DNA from: Chlamydiota bacterium
GTDB taxonomy: Bacteria > Chlamydiota > Chlamydiia > Chlamydiales > Criblamydiaceae
Direction of reading: 5' to 3'
Length of the DNA: 64,000 bases
Assembly (NCBI GenBank): GCA_036164375.1
Contig: JAYZJO010000065.1
Location: 3,810-67,809 of the forward strand
Each line of letters opens with the position of its first letter. The first letter of the stretch is position 1. Shown one piece after another: positions 10,470 through 18,462 of this stretch. The position numbers were made by a program, and so were the translations under genes. Under the pieces are notes generated by a model. The model did no database searches and was not told where the DNA came from. It saw nothing but the letters and a program-made list of their open reading frames with translations.

Positions 10470-12119
10470 TTGTTAAGTAAAAATTTATTTTTTTATTTTT
10501 TTTTGTTTATTACTAACGGCTTTAGATGCTTCGGATCAACCTCTTTGCTAGAGTCGATGACTATAGAGGAAAAGGTTGGTCAAATCCTTATGGTACATTT
10601 CCACGGGGAACAAGCAAATAACGACGCAAAAATACTTATCTCACAAGCTCATGTCGGTGGTTTTATCTACTTTAACTGGTCTAACGGATTAAACACTCCT
10701 CAACAAGTGCAGAATCTCAGTAATGAATTGCAAGAAATCGCCAATCGAAATTTAAATCCTATCCCTCTTCTTATCGCTGTCGACCAAGAAGGAGGTGTAG
10801 TAGCTCGCCTCAAACAAGGTTTCACTGTATTTCCTGGTAATAGTGCAATTGCAAGGACAAATATCCCTTCTTTTGCTGAAAAATGTGCCTATGCTACATC
10901 AATTGAATTAAAAGCTGTTGGAATAAATATGATTCTTGGACCAGTTGTCGATGTGAATGTCAACCCTCTTAATCCTATAATAGGCGTTCGTTCATTTAGT
11001 AACTCACCAGAAACAGTCACTATCTTTGCAAAAGAAGCCTTAAAAGGTTATGAAAGAGCACGTATAATATCTGTCCTCAAACACTTTCCTGGCCATGGAG
11101 ATGTAACTCTTGACTCTCATGCAGATCTTCCGATTGTTGACAAATCCTTAAAAAAACTCAATGAAACAGAACTTTATCCATTTGCTTCTTTATCTAAATA
11201 TGCTAATGCCATAATGACAGCACATTTATTAGTTCCTGCGCTCGATCCTTTTCGCTGTGCAACCCTTTCAAAATACATTATTGAAAATATTCTTCGAAAA
11301 AATTTCAATTACAATGGAGTTGTTATCACAGACTCTTTGGTAATGAAAGGATTTTTGACTAACTGTCCAAATATAGAAGAGGCTGCCATCAGAGCATTTG
11401 AAGCTGGAAGTGATCTATTAATTTTAGGGGGAAAACAACTTCTCGATGAAGATCGATTTGAACTGACTACAAAAGATACGCTTCGTATATACCATCATCT
11501 TTTAGAAGCTGTATACTCAGGACGCATTTCAGAACAAAGACTCAATGCCTCAGTAAATAGAATATTATCTATGAAACAAAAATATAACCTATTTAATTAC
11601 TCTCCTTCAAAAAGCCAAGATATTGAAAGTAACATAAACACGGATTCACACAAAAAACTCGCAAGAGAAATTGCAAATCTTTCCCTAAACAACGATGCAA
11701 ACAACTGCACTCACCCTCAAAAATTTAATGAAATGCGCGTAGCCGTCTTTGCTCCGAAACTCACAGAATACGAAATTAATCACACAAATATCTCTAGAAT
11801 CGGTAAAGAAACAAAAACTATGTTCTTTGAACAACTTAACCCAACTGAAATAGAGTGCGCTATAGCACATAAACTTGTTAATTGGGCAGAAACAATTATC
11901 GTCTGCACCTACAATGCATGGAAAAATGATCGGCAAGTACAATTTATTAAATCGCTTAAAACACTAAACAAACCTATAACGATCATTGCATTGCGCGATC
12001 CACAAGACGGTAAAGTTTTACAAAATGATGTAAATTTTGTGATTTCTACTTTAAGTCCCGATTCATATTCCATACAATCAGCCATCGATATACTAACTGG
12101 AGTAACAAATGCTTTTTAA
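10470..12119 (+). CDS. Glycoside hydrolase family 3 beta-N-acetylhexosaminidase (NagZ-like), with signal peptide
   Basis: 549 aa with a TTG start in the track. GH3 N-terminal domain motifs are present: VGQILMVHF, IAVDQEGGVVARL, GINMILGPVVDV, KHFPGHGDVTLDSH, VITDSLVM. Confidence 0.8.
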   Translation: MLSKNLFFYFFLFITNGFRCFGSTSLLESMTIEEKVGQILMVHFHGEQANNDAKILISQAHVGGFIYFNWSNGLNTPQQVQNLSNELQEIANRNLNPIPLLIAVDQEGGVVARLKQGFTVFPGNSAIARTNIPSFAEKCAYATSIELKAVGINMILGPVVDVNVNPLNPIIGVRSFSNSPETVTIFAKEALKGYERARIISVLKHFPGHGDVTLDSHADLPIVDKSLKKLNETELYPFASLSKYANAIMTAHLLVPALDPFRCATLSKYIIENILRKNFNYNGVVITDSLVMKGFLTNCPNIEEAAIRAFEAGSDLLILGGKQLLDEDRFELTTKDTLRIYHHLLEAVYSGRISEQRLNASVNRILSMKQKYNLFNYSPSKSQDIESNINTDSHKKLAREIANLSLNNDANNCTHPQKFNEMRVAVFAPKLTEYEINHTNISRIGKETKTMFFEQLNPTEIECAIAHKLVNWAETIIVCTYNAWKNDRQVQFIKSLKTLNKPITIIALRDPQDGKVLQNDVNFVISTLSPDSYSIQSAIDILTGVTNAF

Positions 12120-12897
12120 ATTTTTATTACTTACACTTTCTGGGATTTTTCTTTTACAAGAAGCTCACTCAATCACCATCCCACAAGAAACAGCAAAAAA
12201 GATTGGGCTAAAAATATGGTACAACGAATGTGCTGGGACTCTTTCAGGTTTAAGCACATGGAACGATGGCGAAGAATTTGCTTCAATGGGAATAGGTCAT
12301 TTTATTTGGTACCCCAAAGGAAAAGCCGGTCTTTATAAAGAACAATTTCCAAGCCTCCTTAAGTTTCTAGAAGATAATCAAGTTACGCTACCTAAATGGC
12401 TAAATACGAATAAAGAGTGCCCATGGAAAAACAGAGAGGATTTTTTACAAGATACAGAAAGAGAAAAACTTGTAGAACTGCGCACTCTCCTTGTCTCTAC
12501 GGTAGATTTACAGGTTGTATTTATGACACAAAGGCTTGAGCAAGCACTTCCAAAAATGCTCAAGTCTGTTTCTGAAGAAAAAAAAACTCATATCAAGAGA
12601 CAATTTTACCGCGTATCAGAAAATCCCAATGGATTATACGCTCTTTTAGATTACATAAACTTCAAAGGAGAAGGGGCTTCTGAAAAAGAACGCTACAATA
12701 ATCAAGGTTGGGGGCTTCTTCAAGTATTGGAACAGATGCCTATTCATTCAAAAAGTAGTGCCATAGAGGATTTTATTAATTCAGCAAAAACCGTTCTAGC
12801 ACGTCGGGTTGCTAACTCGCCACAAGAACGTGGAGAAAAACGCTGGCTAAAAGGTTGGTTTAATAGATTAAACTCTTATAAAAATAAAAATTCGTAA
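12109..12897 (+). CDS. Secreted hypothetical protein, translationally linked to the GH3 gene
   Basis: 262 aa with signal peptide MLFKFLLLTLSGIFLLQEAHS. It overlaps the upstream GH3 gene by 11 nt. I can name no domain. Confidence 0.45.
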   Translation: MLFKFLLLTLSGIFLLQEAHSITIPQETAKKIGLKIWYNECAGTLSGLSTWNDGEEFASMGIGHFIWYPKGKAGLYKEQFPSLLKFLEDNQVTLPKWLNTNKECPWKNREDFLQDTEREKLVELRTLLVSTVDLQVVFMTQRLEQALPKMLKSVSEEKKTHIKRQFYRVSENPNGLYALLDYINFKGEGASEKERYNNQGWGLLQVLEQMPIHSKSSAIEDFINSAKTVLARRVANSPQERGEKRWLKGWFNRLNSYKNKNS

Positions 12898-13080
12898 ATT
12901 TCAATAAACTAAACCATCAAAAGATAGTAAAGAATTTAAAAGAAAAAAAAAGCAAATTTTATTGCATTATCTTCATTGATCTGATACATGTAAACGAAGA
13001 GAGGGTTACTAACACAGATACAATAATTTCAGTAGCACTTTCAAGGAAGAAAGAACTTAATCCAGGGAAAGGAGTAAGCT

Positions 13081-13647
13081 ATGAAAAAAATTGATCTTAA
13101 AAAACTGGCTGTGATGGGTATTGCAAGCGGTGCGCTTCTCGCATCTCAGTCAGGAGAAGCAGTAAATTACACTCAGTCATCAGGCCAAGGCACTTACCTC
13201 GCAGGAGGTCAAGGTTGCGGAGGATCCAGTGGCTGTGGTGGAAAAAGTCACGGAAGTGATATGAACAACAGAGCTAATGGCAATGGTAATGGTTCATACG
13301 ACTATAATAATGGAAGTAGAACCAACGACAGCGCTAATGGCACAAACTACTACGAAAATAAAGACAACAGCAACAGCGGAAGTCACTGTGGTGGAAAAAG
13401 CAGTTGCGGTGGAAAAAAAGGAAACATGGATGACAAAGACTCTATGAATGATACTGATCATATGAATGATCAGGATCAAAAAATGGATTCCCAGTCTCTT
13501 CCAAGACCTTCTTATCCAGAATCTTACTCTAGCCAATCTCGTTCAGAACACTTCTCACCACGCACAATCAAACACAACGATAACCCTAGTAAAGCGATGA
13601 ACAACTCATCGTATAATAATACTACGAGAAATCGTTACTATCGTTAA
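13081..13647 (+). CDS. Candidate RiPP precursor: Sec-signal, low-complexity N/G/S/D-rich protein with two CGG-x3-CGGK modules
   Basis: 188 aa. A strong SD (aaaggag) lies 7 nt upstream. The signal peptide is MKKIDLKKLAVMGIASGALLASQSGEA. There are only four Cys, in GQGCGGSSGCGGKSHG (C46, C52) and GSHCGGKSSCGGKKG (C103, C109). It sits immediately upstream of the DUF692/DUF2063 genes. Confidence 0.55.
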   Translation: MKKIDLKKLAVMGIASGALLASQSGEAVNYTQSSGQGTYLAGGQGCGGSSGCGGKSHGSDMNNRANGNGNGSYDYNNGSRTNDSANGTNYYENKDNSNSGSHCGGKSSCGGKKGNMDDKDSMNDTDHMNDQDQKMDSQSLPRPSYPESYSSQSRSEHFSPRTIKHNDNPSKAMNNSSYNNTTRNRYYR

Positions 13648-13654
13648 TATTTTT

Positions 13655-13680
13655 CAACAGAGTCCGAAAGGACTCTGTTG
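13655..13680 (+). terminator. Perfect 11-bp stem / GAAA-loop hairpin just after the precursor stop (terminator or attenuator)
   Basis: caacagagtcc-gaaa-ggactctgttg starts 8 nt after the TAA. There is no clean U-run, so it may be a partial terminator or a stability element. Confidence 0.5.
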
Positions 13681-13839
13681 ACCTATCATTTATCTTTCCT
13701 TCCTAACGAACAGCAAAGAACTATACTGATTATTTAACGAAAACCTTGCTGCTGGATTTGGACACAAACCGAATTTAAATTAACTTGACACTCGAGACTC
13801 TTTTTGAAACATTAGAATTAATCACCAAATTGAGGGCAT

Positions 13840-14721
13840 ATGACAGAAAAAAACCTACCTAATTTAGGCATCGGCATAGGGCTACGCCCCATTCATTATG
13901 AAGCCATTTTTAATAATGAACCTGATATCGACTGGTTTGAAATCATCAGCGAAAATTTTATGGTAGATGGAGGAAAGCCACTATACAACCTAAATAAAAT
14001 CCTCGAAAGATATCCGGTCGTTCAACATGGCGTTTCTCTAGCTATTGGTAGCCCCGATCCTCTCGATTTTGACTATTTAAAGAAATTAAAAGCCCTTACT
14101 AAAATAACCAAAACTCCTTGGGTATCAGATCATTTATGCTGGGGCCACCGTCCTGGATCCCACTACCACGACCTTTTACCTCTTCCCTACACGAAAGAAG
14201 TCATCAAATATGTCGTCGAAAGGGCGCGTATCGTACAAGATTATTTAGAACTCCCTTTTGCACTCGAAAATTTATCCTCATATGTCGGTTTTAAAGCCGA
14301 TGAAATGCCCGAATGGGAATTCTATGGAACAATAGTCGAAGAAGCTAACATTTCAATGATGCTCGATATCAACAACATCTATGTTTCAAGTAGAAATCAT
14401 GGATTCGACCCAAATGACTATATCACCAATATTCCCATTAACCGCGTTATTCAAATCCACCTAGCCGGTCATAGTGATTATGGTAAATATGTTCTTGATA
14501 CCCACGATAACCATGTCTGCGACGAAGTATGGCAGCTCTACGCTGAAATTTATCCAAAAACCGGGGGAGTGTCGACTTTGCTCGAATGGGACGACAATTT
14601 TATTAGCTTCGAAGACACGTGGAAAGAAGCCCTGAAAGCAAAACAATTTCAGGAAAATATTGAATCTAAAATTGATAAGAAGATTCATCTCAACAAACCA
14701 AAAAAAACTGTGAGTCAATGA
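13840..14721 (+). CDS. DUF692-family multinuclear non-haem iron oxidase (MNIO; MbnB/HvfB/BufB-like)
   Basis: 293 aa. Family hallmarks are LGIGIGLRPIHYEAIF...IDWFEIISENFMVDGGKPL...YPVVQHGVSLAIGS...PWVSDHLCW...FALENLSSY...LDINNIYVS...IQIHLAGH...LDTHD. Confidence 0.85.
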   Translation: MTEKNLPNLGIGIGLRPIHYEAIFNNEPDIDWFEIISENFMVDGGKPLYNLNKILERYPVVQHGVSLAIGSPDPLDFDYLKKLKALTKITKTPWVSDHLCWGHRPGSHYHDLLPLPYTKEVIKYVVERARIVQDYLELPFALENLSSYVGFKADEMPEWEFYGTIVEEANISMMLDINNIYVSSRNHGFDPNDYITNIPINRVIQIHLAGHSDYGKYVLDTHDNHVCDEVWQLYAEIYPKTGGVSTLLEWDDNFISFEDTWKEALKAKQFQENIESKIDKKIHLNKPKKTVSQ

Positions 14722-15596
14722 ACAAATACGACGAAAAAGTTCCACAATCTCTAAAAAATCTTCAAGACTGGTTTGCTAGTATCATAACTATGCCTATTGA
14801 TGACGACAGTCAAATGAACGCTATATCTCCTTTTGGAACCCCAATGACAAACGAAGCTGCCAAATACATCACCCCTAGCCCCACATTAACACCCGAAAAA
14901 AGAATTCAACTCTACAACCAGCAATATTGGTGGAGGCTTCTCGCAACCTTACACGAAAATTTTCCGACCGCAACTAGCCTTCTTGGTTATCATAATTTTA
15001 ACGATTGGATTGCTGTCCCCTTCTTAAAAGATAACCCACCAGACAATTGGTCACTAAGCTTGCTCGGAGCCAAACTACCGTTGTGGGTACAGGAAAATTA
15101 TCGTAAAGAAGACCGATTGCTAATACTAGAAACAATCTCTATTGACTGGGCTTATGTCTACAGTTTTTATGCGAGTCAATTGCCTACGTTACAAATTACT
15201 GAAGATGGTGATGTTTCTTTTACAAAACTACACCTTCAACCACACTTACAATTATTCACATTACACCACAACCTGCTTCCTTTTAGAGAAAAAATTCTCC
15301 AAAAAAATCCTGAATATTGGTCTACTCATGATATTCCTCCGTTAGAGTGTAAAAACAAATACAGCTTTGTAATTTATCGCAACCATGAGTATAATGTAGG
15401 CTGGTTACAAATTGATAATTATGAATATTCCCTTCTCTCCCAATTTACTAAAGGCCTCACTATTGAGGAGGCATGCCATTGGATAGAAACAAGGGATCTA
15501 GAAACAAAAAAAACCGCTACCCACAATTTGAAAGACTGGTTTCAAAAATGGACAACATGCGGTTGGCTCGGAATAAAAAATGAAAAAACAAAATAA
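14718..15596 (+). CDS. DUF2063-family protein (HvfC/BufC/MbnC-type MNIO partner)
   Basis: 292 aa. Its start overlaps the DUF692 stop by 4 nt (ATGA). The N-terminal pattern matches DUF2063: LKNLQDWFASII...RIQLYNQQYWWRLLATLHENFPTATSLLGYHNFNDWIAVPFLKDNPP. Confidence 0.7.
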   Translation: MNKYDEKVPQSLKNLQDWFASIITMPIDDDSQMNAISPFGTPMTNEAAKYITPSPTLTPEKRIQLYNQQYWWRLLATLHENFPTATSLLGYHNFNDWIAVPFLKDNPPDNWSLSLLGAKLPLWVQENYRKEDRLLILETISIDWAYVYSFYASQLPTLQITEDGDVSFTKLHLQPHLQLFTLHHNLLPFREKILQKNPEYWSTHDIPPLECKNKYSFVIYRNHEYNVGWLQIDNYEYSLLSQFTKGLTIEEACHWIETRDLETKKTATHNLKDWFQKWTTCGWLGIKNEKTK

Positions 15597-16821
15597 AAAA
15601 ATATCCTGCCGAGAAGCAGCTTATCTAGCATACCTCAACTCTCAAAGAGCTGAATCTTTTATTAGCGACTCTCTAATACAGTGGAAAAATTCTACGGAAG
15701 TCCTTGAAAAAGATTATCGTCTCGCACAAGAAATTGCATTTGGAACCTGCAGAATGGCTGCTGCATTAGAATTTTATGCAAAACAACTTACCGATAAAAA
15801 ATTAACTCTTAAAAGAAAAGAGCGCTGTCTTCTCCACACAGCACTATATCAATTTTTTTTCTTAGATAAAATACCTCTATATGCCATTACAAATGAAAGC
15901 ATCTCAATCTCAAAAAAATACTGTCATAACACTTTCACTAAATTTTTAAATGCTGTTCTTCGTAAACTTCCTTCTACTAAATTAACGCTCCCTTCTAACG
16001 ATTCCATAAACTCTTTAGCAATCAGAAATTCTTACCCTACGTTTTTTGTGGAACAACTTATCAAAAGCTATGGGTTAGAACAAGCAAAAGATATATTACA
16101 CTCAGGTAACCTTCCTGGAAAAGTTTTAGCAAGAGTACGCTGCAAAGAACCAACCCTCGAAAAATTTGAAAATAACCAAGTTAATATGGTTCATGTTGAA
16201 AATTCTATAGACCTCCACAAAATAGCCAATACTCCAGACTATTATATTCAAAATATCACTCCTGTTTTACTCCTTAATACTCTAGCACAAAACTTAAATC
16301 CCCCCTCTTCAATCCTAGACCTCTGTTCGTCACCCGGAGGCAAACTTATTGCCTGCCACGATCTATACCCAAATAGTAAGCTGTTTGCGAATGATATATC
16401 CCCACATAAACTCGAAATACTCAAAAAAAATCTACACACATATTCGATAAAAGCAACAGTCACAGAAGGGCCTGGACAAGACTACTCGACTCATGAAAAA
16501 TTTGATTTAATCATTCTTGATGTCCCCTGTTCAAACTCTGGCGTTCTCAATAAACGTCCTGAAGCGCGGTGGCGACTAAGTACAGAAAGCTTAAAAGATC
16601 TCAATACAACACAAGTAAAACTTCTCAACAAAGCCAAAGACCTCCTTAGCGAAAAAGGTGAAATATGGTTTATGACCTGTAGTATCCTTCCCGAAGAAAA
16701 TGAAAAACTCATCGAAACTTTTGCAAAGGAAAACCAATTCAACATACGTACATCAAAGATGATTCTACCAAGTAGCGACGGTTACGATGGAGGATTTGCC
16801 TGCGCTCTCTCGCGTTCTTAG
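15580..16821 (+). CDS. rsmB: 16S rRNA (cytosine967-C5)-methyltransferase RsmB/Sun
   Basis: 413 aa. A NusB-like N-terminal domain is followed by a methyltransferase core with DLCSSPGGK, ILDVPCSNSGV and a TCS motif (FMTCSILPEENE). Confidence 0.8.
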   Translation: MKKQNKKISCREAAYLAYLNSQRAESFISDSLIQWKNSTEVLEKDYRLAQEIAFGTCRMAAALEFYAKQLTDKKLTLKRKERCLLHTALYQFFFLDKIPLYAITNESISISKKYCHNTFTKFLNAVLRKLPSTKLTLPSNDSINSLAIRNSYPTFFVEQLIKSYGLEQAKDILHSGNLPGKVLARVRCKEPTLEKFENNQVNMVHVENSIDLHKIANTPDYYIQNITPVLLLNTLAQNLNPPSSILDLCSSPGGKLIACHDLYPNSKLFANDISPHKLEILKKNLHTYSIKATVTEGPGQDYSTHEKFDLIILDVPCSNSGVLNKRPEARWRLSTESLKDLNTTQVKLLNKAKDLLSEKGEIWFMTCSILPEENEKLIETFAKENQFNIRTSKMILPSSDGYDGGFACALSRS

Positions 16822-16988
16822 GTAGATTTTATACCCGGCAGGCTCTTGCATAAATAGGAAATTTTCATCGAGATCACAAGTTTTAACTTTTCTCTCTAAA
16901 ATTTATTGGGATTGGTATTATTGTTTGTTAAGATTGTAGTTTTTCGGTATTCTCATTAGAACTTTAAACCTCTGAATAGGATAATCTA

Positions 16989-17729
16989 ATGAATGTCGAC
17001 GCCACAAAATCAGAAAACTTTCCCTTAATTGTCATTTTGTCTAAAGAAACCGATTTTAATGAAGAGTTTTACTCTTTTTGTACTGAAACCTTCAAAAACA
17101 AAGCTGAAACAAACGAAGATTGTCTTTGGGATAAACTTGCTGATAAATATTCTATATTACCATGTCCCGACAATGAATTATTCCCCACCGTTTTATCCTT
17201 TCTCGAAAACTGGGATTCAAATACGCTAACATCGATCGAAAAAAAACAAGAACGAAAACTCTACGACTGTTTTTTTATGAGTCAGCACAATCCCGACTAC
17301 AAAACTAAATGTATCTCATGGATAAAAAAGGATAAGACCATAAAATATAACCTACGTCTACGAGGGACAAATCAGTATGAGTTCGTTCAAGAACAGTTCG
17401 CTGAGCTATTAAATTGGCCTCTAACTCCTAAAGAAGCTGAAAAGCAATTTGCATTGGAAAAACAACTACTAATTCAAAGGAAATATCCACTAAACTCAAA
17501 AGTTACTGTGAGCTCAGAAACCTATTTTTCTGGTGAACATCACGAAAAAATTGAATTCAATACCGATACCTCTATCAGTCGTATTTATACGGATTTTCAA
17601 AAACTCAAAGACTCGACACTCCCCAGCCCAATAACATTGAAGAGATTTAGCTTAACCCCCTCAATTTCTCAAATAACAAAAACAATAATCACTAAAGAAA
17701 AAGTAAAAGTTATACAAACGCTTACTTAA
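16989..17729 (+). CDS. Hypothetical protein
   Basis: 246-aa ORF in AT-rich DNA with no recognisable domain. Confidence 0.35.
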   Translation: MNVDATKSENFPLIVILSKETDFNEEFYSFCTETFKNKAETNEDCLWDKLADKYSILPCPDNELFPTVLSFLENWDSNTLTSIEKKQERKLYDCFFMSQHNPDYKTKCISWIKKDKTIKYNLRLRGTNQYEFVQEQFAELLNWPLTPKEAEKQFALEKQLLIQRKYPLNSKVTVSSETYFSGEHHEKIEFNTDTSISRIYTDFQKLKDSTLPSPITLKRFSLTPSISQITKTIITKEKVKVIQTLT

Positions 17730-17760
17730 CTCTCAGTAAAAACTGATAAAACCTCTTCTC

Positions 17761-18441
17761 TCACAATTTGTCTTGCCTCTTCATAGGTGTACTCATACAA
17801 ATAAGCCCCGTTCCCATTCTGCGTTCACACTTTTTAGGGGTATCGATAAATTGGTGCATATTCAAATCCACTTTCACCTGATTAACTCTTGGATCTGTCA
17901 TTAATTGATACCTAATAGCATCAATAGCGGGATGGTTAATTTCACGTGTCACCAATGCTCGATAGTGGGTGTATAACATCGAAATTCGAATGTCACTATC
18001 TTTATGATATTGACAAAACCCTTGATAACCAATTAAATAAGAAATGATATAAAATCCAGGGGAATGCTGAGTGCGAAAATTAATAAAATTTTTACTTGTT
18101 TTATCGTCAATAATTCCCGGAGTTAAAATGTTTTTATGTTTATTAGGATCGAACTTCTCTAGCACTGTTCCCTTGTATATTTTATTTTTGGCAAATTAAG
18201 AAGCAACGATACCAAATTGTTCGTCATCGTCAATTAAAAAATCGAAATACTCCGTCCAATAGTTATGTCTATGTAAAATAAATATTTTTTCAGTCATAAT
18301 TTTCACAGTTCTCCAAAAAAACATATAACATAGTGCGTAAATAGATAAAATACCTTGTCTCAAAGTTAATTTTTCTTCATAATTAGGGGCGTATGAGTTA
18401 GATATAGTATGACATAAGTAAAACATAATTAATAACAACAA
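17761..18441 (-). pseudogene. Single reading frame interrupted by one in-frame TAA (track ORFs 18196..18441 and 17761..18165)
   Basis: Both track ORFs share the same frame. The junction reads ...FGIVAS-TAA-FAKNKIYKGTV(GTG)LEKFDP..., so the only interruption is the TAA at 18196-18198. Function is unknown. Confidence 0.4.
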
Positions 18442-18462
18442 TAAATAATAATAAGAGAAGCT

